In this document: piece after piece, positions 41,330 through 53,066 of the stretch
Position numbering within the stretch: position 1 is the stretch's first letter
Layout of the letters: each line of letters starts with the position of its first letter
Assembly (NCBI GenBank): GCA_951406725.2
Contig: OX597816.1
Coordinates: 149,854,001-149,918,000, forward strand
Reading direction: 5' to 3'
Length of the DNA stretch: 64,000 nucleotides
From: Octopus vulgaris
Taxonomy: Eukaryota
Made by a program: the position numbers and the translations under genes
The notes under the pieces: generated by a model
The model's input: the letters and a program-made list of their open reading frames with translations, nothing else
Told to the model about the DNA's origin: nothing
The model's database searches: none

Positions 41330-41345
41330 ATATATATATATATAA
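40816..41345. repeat. (TA)/(CA) compound microsatellite
   Basis: Directly visible. Confidence 0.95.
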
Positions 41346-41652
41346 AATGTATCCCATAAGCCAGTTATTTTGATTATAAAACATATCTAAATTTCCCCTT
41401 ACTTATGGGACAACATATATTTAAACATATTCACAGATGTATGTATGTACATCTGTGAATGGTCATATATGAAAAAAGAAAAAAATGGAAAGCACTGAAA
41501 CTGCCAACATTTTACTGAATAACTATTCTGTGGTAAAAAAAAATAATGTACACAGGTATCACTTCCAGGTGACCAACACTGATGCTTGCTGGACAGGAAT
41601 CGAGAATGGTTTGTGGGATATCAGGAGAATGACCAATAGCCAATATACTTAC

Positions 41653-41955
41653 TCTCTATATACATATATGTCCTGCTTTTTGTCTGGAGGGCCTGGATGA
41701 GTTACTGGAACACGATCAGGCATGTGATCAAACAACACTTTGTCTGAAAATTTATCAGATATTTGGTCGGAGCCATGGTCAGGGTCACTGACCCCAGCTG
41801 CATGATCTGACTGGGGTTGTACATTCTGACTGAGATCGCTTACGACCGTTCGCATTGGAATACTCTCAGTGTCTGAATCCTGAACTTCACTCGGCCTGCT
41901 TCCGAGACCCTGTTCGTTGTCAAGAACAGAGTCAACCTCGACAGAAGAGTGTTCA
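41653..41955 (-). CDS. Cav1: Cav1 exon, low-complexity distal tail: (S)EHSSVEVDSVLDNEQG...KKQDIYVYR
   Basis: Inside ORF 41649..41975; CTAAT branch-like site and TTTACAG acceptor, GA|GTAAGT donor; 303 nt, phase 2 to 2; GC richer than flanks; phases fit both neighbours. Confidence 0.85.
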
Positions 41956-44016
41956 CTGTAAACATACGTCAACATTAGTTATCAAGAAGCTGTTTAACTG
42001 GGTTTTTTTTTTAGCAGGGTGATCAGAGCATTTTCTGGTGGATGACATTTCTTCAATGAAAACAGATTTTTATTGTCAATCTATGGGATTGGATGTGAAT
42101 GATTTTGGAAAGGTTTGATTGTGGGATCAATTTGTTTCTTTACATAAAAAAAAAAACATAGCCACCATCTATTTGTATTATCTATTTGGTCCTGATAGCA
42201 AAAACTGAAAACCATTACATTAATGGTATATTTTTAGAGTGTTGAATTCTTAGAATGTTATTTTTCTGCCTGTAAAAAAGATTCTAGTTTCCTTACTCTA
42301 GTTAGTAAACATGGTAATTTTGTTGTACTCAGCCAAACTTGCATAATGTTTACCAGTGACGAAATTATAAACATTGCAATACATAAAACGTATAGATTTG
42401 TCTTCATATACACATAAATATGGTATATTTTCATAGATTTAAAAATAATTCTGCAGTCTGTTACCAAACCTGTCTATGAATAACACCATCATTTAGAAGA
42501 ACCATCTTTAGCTATGCACTATTGTACAACTTCACTGAATCTTACCAAACTTCATCATGACCTCCCTAATTTTGCTTAATTTCCTTTCTTTAACAAAACA
42601 AATGAAAGAATATATAGTTAACTGGCACTGATTTTTTCCTATAAATCAACCACACCTATACTACACTAAAAGTTTAAGCAAAGTGGATCTGTTTTCAATT
42701 ATTTCTGAATTACAAACTGTTAAAGACTTAAATAATAAATTTGTTGACAAAACTTTAATCAAATAAGGAATACTTATTCTTTTATATATTTTAAACTAAG
42801 GGCAGTTACAGACACGTAAGACATTTGATAAAGAATCAACAGTGAGAACTAGGGATCCCTGTATCTCCACTTAGTTTAAAAATATGAAAAACAACAATCC
42901 TCTGCCACTTGTTAAATGCTTGTTTGGAAATTTCTTATAAAGAAAATACTTAGAAAGAATTAAATAAATTGAACATCTTTTAGTTGACAGATAATTGAGA
43001 TCATCATCATCAGAACTAATCCTGCTGCCATTCTTTTAACATATTTTAAAATTTTGGATGCAATGTTTTACTTAATTTCATGGCCTTCAATATAAAAGAA
43101 ATAATTTTGGCTCCTACTTAACCACTGTCTTCAGAATATGGGTTTCAGGTGACATAAGCAATCTTTGTAAAGAAAACCAGGAAAGAAGAGAGCTAGAGTT
43201 TAAATTGATTTCTGTAGCTCTAAATAGACAAGAAACAAATGTCTCTCCTCTCTAGATAGATACCATCTCCAAAATTTCTGTCACCTTTTCACTAATGGAG
43301 GGTGAACAGAAACATGTAGGATTGCAATTGCTTTCACCTAGAGAGTGAGAAAGATGGAGAATGTAAAAAAAAAAAGAAGTGAAAAAAGAGAGAAAGAGAC
43401 GGAGAATAATAAAAAAAAAGTCCCAGCCTTATTTTAAATACCAGAGTATATGCAATTAATTTAAAGATACTCACTAATCAGTTTACCTAGATATTAAACT
43501 GAAACCTATGTATTTTTGAGTCCATAAAAACTAATTATTAGCAATATTTGTAAAGATAAAATCATTCCTTAATGTGTGAAGTTTAAAAAAGATAAATGAG
43601 AAAAAGATTAATGGCAGGTGCTTAAGATCAGTCCAGCCAAAATGCAATGAAAAATTTTTCTTCTTTAGAGTGTTACATGCATTAGTGTTAGCAATTATGA
43701 TTTAGCAATTGGTATGCTCAAATATTTAACAGTGATAAATATATTAATTAAGTACAATGCAATATCAAATCAGGTTTACAATTATAATTATATAAAAATA
43801 TGAAACAGGTTTTTGTGTATATTTTTTCAACAAGATAAAATGGTTATAATTAAATTTCATAATTTTAGAGTGGCATTCAAAACATGTCAATATTAAGAAA
43901 CTGAAGAATTCAGTAAAAATCAAATATACACAATGCAACATTCAAAGAATATGACCCAGCCAAAGTTACAGAAAATCAGGTCAATTTACTAGATTATAAT
44001 GTATGATGTGCTAAAG

Positions 44017-44057
<41 letters not shown>

Positions 44058-44564
44058 AACATATATATACATGCATGTATCTTTAGTTATATATATGTAT
44101 GTAGATATGTATGGATGCATATGCAAATGTATGCATGTCTTAGTATTTGTATATGTGTAGGTATATGTATATATCTGTGTATATATGTATACCATCAAAT
44201 CTACATCATTAGCATCTTCAATAGTCTTGGATCTTTCTAATAACAATTGTGTGAAGATAAATATATTAGAATATCTTATTCAATCAGAGAGAGAGAGAGA
44301 GATAGGTAGATAGATATCATCATCGTCATTTAATGCCTCCTTTCCATACTGGCACAAGTTGGACAGTTTGATAAGGTCCAAAAAGTTGGAGGACCATGTT
44401 GCTCTCTAATCTGCTTTGGTATGGTTTTTGCAACAGGATGCCCTCCCTAATGGCAACCACTTTATAGGGTGTACACATCCAGTCACCACTTATTCTAATG
44501 CCAGATTGCAACCTCAGAACTTGCCCACTCTAAGGATTATAATTTTTTAAGGCAGTGGTATATA

Positions 44565-45735
44565 CAGGGTATCCAGGAATTAAGGCAACCAAAATTTTGG
44601 GCTTTAATAGCTATCAATAAAATGTAATAAGATATGAAAATTATATATCTTTATAAAAGTTTAGTGTGTCTTCTTTTTGTTTCAGACTAAATTAATTCAG
44701 ATTTATGTATTAGATAATGGCTATAAACTGAAATACAATCATAACCCTCCACAAAGGAGGTGAAAGTAATATAGCTATAGCAAAAAGGCTTAAAATTGAC
44801 TGAACAATAGTCTGGAAAATTGTCCAGAAATTCCAAGAGACTGATTCCACTACTGATTGACCTGGATGTAGCCAAAAAGAAGTATGTGGACCTCTCAGCT
44901 TATCAAAAGTATCAGAGAAAAGATATGGTGAAATCTTTATTGTTCCATCAGAAGACTAGCTGCCACAGCAAAAATAAGCAGAACATTGATGTACTGAGTA
45001 TTGAATGAGGATCTCAGGACCCACCTCTACAAGATGATCCATTATCATGAGCTCATGCAAGTTTATAAGGCCATGAGACTGGAGAGAAGTCATCATATCC
45101 TGCATCAGATTGATGAAGGCACACTGCCCAACCTGGTGTAAATTGATATCAAAATCCACAATCAGTTATGGTTTGGGTAGCTGTGACAGCTACTGGAAGG
45201 TCTCCCCGCATTCTTGGGCCCTTGGGTGTTAAAATTAACACCCAGTGATACATTAGTGACATTCTGGAAGTTGAACTGCTTCCATGGGCAAATGAGCACT
45301 TTTAAGGTGCATATTGGAGCCTCCAATAGAACACAACAGACACAACACTGGATTCAGAAAAAACATTCCATCGTTCATAGGCAAGGATGTTTGGCCTTCA
45401 AGAAGCCTCAATCTCAACCTGTTGGATTTTTCTGTTTGGTCCATTTTGGAGTCAAGGGTCTCAAGCACTACTCATGCTCTGCTCGATGCTCTAAAGGCAA
45501 AACTACATGAAGAATGGGCATTGATTCTGCAAGAACAGCTGTGTACCACATGTGAAACATTCACACCTAGATTTAAGGCTGTGATTCGAAACAGAGGTGG
45601 TCGTATCGAATAAATGTGGTAGTATCATAATTGTCTTTCCTTTACTATTGCATTGCAATGCTCAGACCAAAATATACCAAACTTTGCTTCGACAAAATTG
45701 ATAGAAGTTGGTTGCCTTAATTTTGGGACACCCTG
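44565..45735 (+). mobile_element. Tc1/mariner-superfamily transposon (DD37D/maT-like), decayed transposase
   Basis: TA flanks; 28-bp TIRs CAGGGTATCCAGGAATTAAGGCAACCAA and CAGGGTGTCCCAAAATTAAGGCAACCAA; SVMVW, WPSRSLNLNLLDFSVW, RFKAVIRNRGGRIE* motifs. Confidence 0.9.
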
Positions 45736-46691
45736 TATACAGCCATGATAACAGCTACTGATGGTAATGAAAGATGTTATACAGGACACATGGGGAAAAT
45801 ATCTTCATAATCAGATACAACCAACATATATTCATTTAGGTTCCAAGATAAAACGAATTCCATTCTTCTATCTCAATATGTCTGGTTGTTAATGGATAAG
45901 TGAAACCCCAAACAGTCCTATAATCTGGAGTATTATGGATTCACTCAAGTGGCACTTAGATGTAATTATCTGAGAATTTCTATATTTTAACACAACAGCT
46001 TGAATCACTGAATAAGAAATCTTAAATTTATTGTTTTGTTGCCACAGAACATAATACATATTTACAATTCATCCAGACCCAGACCCAGACAAAGTAACCT
46101 TCTTTGTCATACATCATTTGATTGCAGTTCATTCCTCACTCTCCAGGGAAGTAACTTTCCACCCTACTACAAGGATTATACCTATATACATTGGACAAGC
46201 TACACCAGCCACTAGACCATTGTTTGACTGATTAAAGTTAGGCTAACCAGTGTTTCCTATTAGCCTACACCAAGTTGTTTTCATTCATTTCCTTGTCACC
46301 TGAGAAGGATCACACAATATAAAATGGTTGCTCCAAGTAAATATCTACTACAAGTACTAAGTACATTTTCTCTTGTTTATATCTCTAAATGTATGTGTGT
46401 GTGTATAGCATAAGAATGAAAAATATTCACACACGTGTATATGTATAAACTCATATCTGTTTAAACATATTTTGTTTAAAAATTTAATATCTTTTTACAA
46501 GTAATCACTATCATAAATAATCTGTAATAAATTCATTGCTGTATTATGTCTTCATTTCAGATAATGTCTGGTACTACTGGTAACCACTTTAGGCTGGTTA
46601 CTAATTCGTTTAAGAGAAACAGCAATAAAAGAAAGCACAAAAGCAGTTAGTTGTGATGAACTTTTAAAATAAAAAGTCACCATTAAATAAT

Positions 46692-47075
46692 ATTAGCTTG
46701 CTAACCAGCCACATGGTTCCGGGTTCAGTCCCACTGCGTGGCACCTTGGGCAAGTGTCTTCTACTATAGCCCCGGGCCGACCAAAGCCTTGTGAGTGGAT
46801 TTGGTAGACGGAAACTGAAAGAAGCCCGTCGTATATATGTATATATATGTATGTGCGTGTATGTTTGTGTGTCTGTGTTTGTCCCCCTAGCATTGCTTGA
46901 CAACCGATGCTGGTGTGTTTATGTCCCCGTCACTTAGTGGTTCGGCAAAAGAGACCGATAGAATAAGTACTGGGCTTACAAAGAATAAGTCTCGGGTTGA
47001 GTTGCTTGATTAAAGGCGGTGCACCAGCATGGCCGCAGTCAAAATGACTGAAACAAGTAAAAAGAGAAAGAGAGA
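46692..47075 (+). mobile_element. Young tRNA-derived SINE
   Basis: B-box-like GGTTCAGTCCC, CCTTGGGCAAGTG core, CpGs retained, purine-rich tail; decayed relatives near 4975-5085(+), 11440-11600(-), 18975-19250(-), 29420-29545(-), 33640-33800(-), 59815-59970(-). Confidence 0.8.
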
Positions 47076-47335
47076 GAAAACATACGATATATAACTGATA
47101 TATCAGAAAGTGTAGGAATAGCCTATAAGGGGAGCATATATGATATATATGCTTCACATTATATATTTTCAAGATGACTGTTAGAAAGCATCTATATTGC
47201 TGCCATTAATTTTTATTAATTTAGTCAGAAAAATGGTGGAGAATTTACTGATTTAATAATGCATTTTCACTAACAAAGATAATTGCTAAGACTTTGGCTG
47301 AGACAATGTAATTGTGCTGCAAGTATAAATATTGC

Positions 47336-47373
<38 letters not shown>

Positions 47374-47616
47374 GTTATTATTTATTAGTTGTTAGTTTGA
47401 TAAATAAAGATGTGTTTTAACTTTTCATTGATAGTTTTATTGTGAAAAGAAGAGTGTTGTGTGTGGAAAATAGAATAATATATAATCATTGCAAATATTT
47501 CATGATATGTCAAATTGACTGTATAGTGATTTGAACCAGAGCCGGATCAAGGATAAAGGTTTGCAGAATTTCAAAGTTAAAAAAGAGAAAAGCATTCTTT
47601 TTTGCATTGCTGAACA

Positions 47617-47680
47617 TCATAGAGTGGTCTCTGCTGTAGGAATTAGCTTTAAATGACCCTTCTCTTTCTTCAATCTGGCT
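47617..47680 (-). CDS. Cav1: Candidate alternative terminal coding exon: (R)ARLKKEKGHLKLIPTAETTL*
   Basis: 105-nt pyrimidine-rich intron with no AG between the donor GTAG and ATATCAG; phase-2 entry gives 20 open codons then TGA. Confidence 0.55.
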
Positions 47681-47785
47681 CTGATATAAACAGAATATTA
47701 TAAGAAGGAAAAGAAGAAAAAGTAGATGAAAAATACATGAAAATAAAATGGAAATCAAAAGAAAATAAACAAAGGCATCACCTAC

Positions 47786-48117
47786 CTGCTTGGTTTGCTT
47801 GTGTGGCTATCTTTGCGTAAAGGCATTATTTCATTAGCAGGTGCCACTTTGACAGGACCAAGAGGTGTTGCAGATCGATTGATGGAGTTTATCAAGTCAA
47901 TATTGATATGGTTGCAAGACAATGCAGGTGATACTTTACCATTGATAGAGTTCTGAGGAGACAGCTTTGACTGGGGGGCATTTAGGGAATTTGTTGGGGA
48001 AACTTTAGGGTGAGGTTGGGTATGGTTTAAATGTAAGGATTGAGTTCGATTACTAAAGGGTATTGGTTTATGGCCAGTTAGAGCTGATACTACCGTACCA
48101 AACAAACTATGATTTCT
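47786..48117 (-). CDS. Cav1: Cav1 exon: RNHSLFGTVVSAL...RKDSHTSKPS
   Basis: Inside ORF 47782..48333; TTTTGCAG acceptor, AG|GTAGGT donor; 332 nt, phase 0 to 2; joined RRNHSLFG resembles vertebrate RRAGGLFG. Confidence 0.92.
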
Positions 48118-49179
48118 CTGCAAAATAAAATAAAAATACAATTGAATATGCATTATGCTAAACAAATGAGAAGAAAGAGTGTAAATATTTTTGGAGAAAA
48201 GGATGAAACTAATAGATTTTATATATTTATACAAGAATATTTTATATGTGTATGAATAAAGACAGCTGTATAGAAAAGTACCTGTCACTGAAAGTGGATG
48301 GTACCTGTAGAAAAGGGAGACCCAGGAACACATGGGATGAAGTGGTGAGGACTGATCTCAGGATGTTAGGGCTCACAGAGGAAATGACAATGGATTGAGA
48401 TGTTTGGCAATATGAGGTTCTTGGGAAGATCTGCCCACATTAGCAAAACTGAGTGCCAGAAGCATTGTCCCACCCACATGTAACAATAAACTTTTCACAC
48501 ACCCTACTCCAAGAAACTGAACTACATTTCCTCTTCTAAACTGCATCTTTCTCTTCCTCACATTTCCTCTTCATACACTATAATTGTCTCCCACTTCCCT
48601 GCCCTCACTGCCCTGATCACTGTACCACTGCTTTCTCCCACCCCATCTTTATCCCAGGTTTTTGTCAGTCACTGTTTGCACCTTCTTGGCAATACCTGGC
48701 TGTGTATATTATGACCTCCATACCTTGAGGGCATACCCTGGCAATTGCCACTATTTATCTCTCTCTAACTTACTCTACCATCACATCTATGCTCTGATCC
48801 TTGTTACTTGTGAGTATACCTTGGCACTTCACCACCATCTCTCTTGCACTTTTGCTGTTTCTCACACTCTCTTTCCCTTGATCTTCCCACAGGCTGGGTA
48901 GCCATGTATCTCCTCTATAGCAGCACACCTGTTTCTGCCCTCATTCTTGATCATTCTCTCTTTGTCCTTCTCTTGCATTTCTCTCTAACTAGGTAACCAA
49001 GTATCTCCTTTATATCAGCACACCTGTTTCTGTTCTCTTTATTGTACCTCTCTTTCTCTCACTCTTCCTCTCCCTTTCTTCTTACAGGCTGCATAACCAT
49101 ATACCTCCTTTATAGCAAGACACTTATTTCTGTCTCTCTATTTTTCAGTCACACTCTAGTCTTTCATCATCTGACACAA

Positions 49180-49440
49180 GATCTCAAGTACAGCAATGTG
49201 CCATATATCTCCGTCCATTGTCATCTCCTTTGTAAGGTTCAGCGTTTTGAGATTGGTTTTGAAAACTTTGTCCCTTGTCTTCCTGGGTCTCCCTCTTCCA
49301 CAATTTCCTTTCAATTTAAGTGAGCGGCACTTCTTTATGCAACTGTCCTCTGATCAAACCAGTGCAGTCTCCTCTCTTGCACACTGCATATAATTCTTCT
49401 TGTGCTTAACTTCTCCCTCAATGCATCAATGCTCTGTTGC
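49180..49440 (-). mobile_element. RTE-like LINE ORF C-terminal fragment
   Basis: EDSCIKKCRSLKLKGNCGRGRPRKT...DIWHIAV motif. Confidence 0.65.
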
Positions 49441-50666
49441 ACTTGATAGATAGAGATGTTGGTGTTGAGGTATCAGAGTATATTGTCAAAGCACAAGAAG
49501 TTGAGTATGGCAGTGCATGAACTGAAGATAATGTGTGTATGGTAAAGTTTATAGAAGTGCATGAGTAACAGGTGGTTATGAATGGGGGTAGAGGTTAATG
49601 TAGTGACTGATGTAAAAGGGTATAAAGTGTGGTTATTGGTAACTATCAGTATGAGGGGAAGTGAAAGAAATAAGAGTGGTTCAGGAAGGAGGAGGTAATA
49701 GGTGGTAATACAGGAAGGAGGTGGATAGTAGCAGTATAATAAGCCTGTAGATTGATCAGCAAATATGAAGGTAGAGATGTACAGGGACAGAGAAATAAGT
49801 CAGAGGTATGTAGCGGTGGTTATAAAGAATGTGGAACAAAGGTAGGGTGAGAAAGATATGAGGGTGATAGCAGATATGAGAGGGTGTTAGAGATGAAGTA
49901 TTGCAGCCCTAAGACAAAAAGGAAGATATACCTGATGACACAAAAAGGAGTGAGCAGTAGAAAATAAAGTGGGAAGGGATGATATTAAGAATGAGGGATG
50001 GATGTTAAAGGAAGTGGTTTCATGGGAAGGAGGAGGTAATAGCAGAACAGGAAAGAAATATGTGCAGATTCAACTAACTGAATAGTGTCATTGTTAGAGG
50101 AGTGATGGAGGGATGAGTGTCAGGAAGATGAGAGGTAGGGTAAATTTGACAGTAATGGATGAGGAGTTGGTGAGAACTTGGTGAGTGTATAGACATAAAC
50201 CTAATGCTTTTAGGACCTCACTATTGCCATGATGATGATAATGATTGAGCACTGTAAAACAGCAATCATCTTGGTCTTTTGTCATCACTATGAGGATAAA
50301 CATCTTGAGATTGATTTCACTTCCTAGTCCCATATGTGTGAGTGTGCTATAATATTTCACTCTACATTCTTGATTTAGAGTAGCTGTATATGCAAATATG
50401 CTCCTTACATCTATATATTCCTCATTTGTTATATTATTCAGTTCAAAAGGATAAAAAAAAAACCGTTGTTTCCTTCTTTATATTTTGTACCACAAACATC
50501 TTAAATCTTGTAAGCCACTTATCTTCATTGGTGATGTTAGTATCCTTCTTTTTAGGCTCTTTCTTTCTAACTACATGTAAGATTCAGCCATTCAGTACAT
50601 ACACACACACACAGATTTTTTTATAATTCTGTTTTTGTTTCTCTGTAATAGAATAAAAGTAGATTG

Positions 50667-50892
50667 GGATCTTTTCCTTTTGATGGACGGAATTTTCTAG
50701 TTAACTAAACAATTTGAAACTTCGTATACTGGTAGAATGTGTCAAAAGAAAACAATATTGTAAATAAAATTGTAATTTGTAAGTTTAACGTAGTTTAATT
50801 CTTCGAATTTTTAACCAATGAAATGCCAGCATTTGAGCTCAAATCATTTGCTGCATTATCGATATTGATAAACAAACATAGCAGACGCACGC

Positions 50893-50931
<39 letters not shown>

Positions 50932-51882
50932 TCAGATACATACACACGTACACTTGCACACACACACACTCTCTCTCTCTCTCTCTCTCAAACACATGCA
51001 TATACATTTGCACAAGCACATAGTAATTAATATATAAGCGTACACACACATACAAACGGAGATATACATACACACACATACGCACACAAGCATACATACA
51101 CGTTTGTGAGTTCACACTGGTGTCGATAGAATTGACTTAATACTTTTGTATCTCATGCTTTGTCCCCTCTGTGTTTTGCCCCTTGCCGCAACAAATTTAC
51201 ACAAAAGGTAAATAAACCAGAAGGGGAGGGGGGGGGTTCATGTTTCATCGTTTCGGGGTCGATAAATTAAGTACCAATTACGTACTGGTGTCGAGGATTT
51301 TTTTCCCAATTTATATCACAGCCTCCGACAAGCTGGGGCATCCTTTTATCAAAAAATATTTCGCAAATTTTTACAATACGACCCACACTCCACACGCACC
51401 CTCTAGACCAATTTAGGCATATTATCGTTTTGTTTTTGTTGTTTCTGGCCCTTCAAAACCATGGGAGAAGCCTTTTCGGTAAAAAAAATAAAGAAAATAT
51501 TTAAAAAATATCGTTAATATTTTTATTGGGCGACGAAATTCATCGATTTAAGAGATATAGCTGTTATTTCTAGCACATGCCTCCTCCTTCCACCTTTGTT
51601 TATCAAACAGACAGAAGAGAGAAGGATGAATAACACGTGTGTGTGTGTGTGTGTGCTGTTTACATTGCAAGAGGATATTGTCTGAGTTTTTAGACGCAGC
51701 AAATGATTTGAGCTCAAATGCTGGCATTTCATTGGTTAAAATTCGAAGAATTAAACTACGTTAAACTTACAAATTACAATTTTGTTTTCAATAATGTTTT
51801 CTTTTGACACATTCTACCAGTATACGAAGTTTCAAATTGTTTAGTTAACTAGAAAATTCCGTCCATCAAAAGGAAAAGATCC
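50667..51882. mobile_element. Non-autonomous long-TIR DNA element (Mutator/foldback-like)
   Basis: About 188-bp near-identical TIRs (50667-50854, 51696-51882) starting GGATCTTTTCC; 8-bp flanks GTAGATTG and ATAGATTG; non-coding interior. Confidence 0.85.
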
Positions 51883-52374
51883 ATAGATTGTCTGACATTC
51901 ATGCCTTTCTCACAAAAATTAGGAATGTAAGTGAAATGAAACAAAGCTGCAATCTGAAACCTAAATTCAGAGCACGTGCTATGGTACTCATCAAATTAAA
52001 ATACAAATTTACATTTGCTAAAATTAAACTCAGCTGATATATCCATTTTAGAAAGTGAGAACAGATGATATTATTATTACATAAAGTATTTAGAAAGTCA
52101 GTCATGTCCTGGTGCCACATGGAGCTGGCAACATAAAGATGAAGGTGCAACCTGTATATTATAACTCTTACTCCTACTACTATCTTAAAAAAGAAAGACT
52201 TCATTTGGTCCTTGATATGCTTAAAAAGATGGGATGGTCAGGGTTGGAATATTTTAAATCTGTTCTGTTAGAGTTGACTTGGAGTCAAACAACAACAACT
52301 AATGAAAGGGTTGTAAGTATTTGAATGAAAGCTTCCATAAATATCCTTATTCGAAATAGAACTAATCAACTTAC

Positions 52375-52485
52375 CCTATGCATAGGTTCTTCAACATCTC
52401 TTTCAGGAAAGTCTTCTTCTTCAAGGTTTCCTGATATGGCTCTTCTAATTTCTGGACCAAGATCATGCACCGCACGTAATCCAGC
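52375..52485 (-). CDS. Cav1: Cav1 exon, PCRD: [37 protein letters not shown]
   Basis: Inside ORF 52366..52572; TTTTTCAG acceptor, AGG|GTAAGT donor; 111 nt, phase 0 to 0; matches vertebrate [21 protein letters not shown]. Confidence 0.96.
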
Positions 52486-52935
52486 CTGAAAAATAGTTCC
52501 ATAAAAATATAAGTTATTCCACAATATAAACAAAGGCTGGGTAAGTGTACCACTGTAACCAGAATGGACCATTTATTTAACAAGCAGTTAATTTAGCTGA
52601 AGGCAATAAAAGTAATAAATACTAGTATTTAAGTAATAGACACCATAGCGGGAACAAAGAACTACAAAAAAATCAGTATTTGATGAACAATCACCATATA
52701 TGGAACACGAATTGGATGGGAAAATTTATCTGATATATAATAATCACAAGGATAACTGTGATATGAAGCATAACAAAGAAAAAGAAATTAATGAGGACAA
52801 ACAGATGGACAAATGATGAGGATGAAAAGAGGAATAAATAAGAAAGATAAGGATGAAGAAAAATGACAAGTAAGAATGAGGCAACATGCACAGAAGAAAA
52901 AAAAAAATACAATGATAGTGATAATGGTGTCATAC

Positions 52936-53066
52936 CTGTAAAGCATTTGTGTGTTCCTGCCCTTTTTGAATCTTTTGTATTTGTTCTTTTCGCTTTTTGA
53001 ACCGTCGGAAATAATCCTGGATTAGGAAGGTTGCATAGAATTTCCCCACTGTAACTTCATCATCCC
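52936..53066 (-). CDS. Cav1: Cav1 exon with calmodulin-binding IQ motif: (R)[43 protein letters not shown]
   Basis: Manual translation; ACACAG acceptor, CAG|GTATGA donor; 131 nt, phase 1 to 0; [12 protein letters not shown] is the L-type IQ motif. Confidence 0.97.

Noticed and set aside
46692-46760. tRNA-like sequence
   Set aside because: SINE head continuing into a repeat body; no full cloverleaf.
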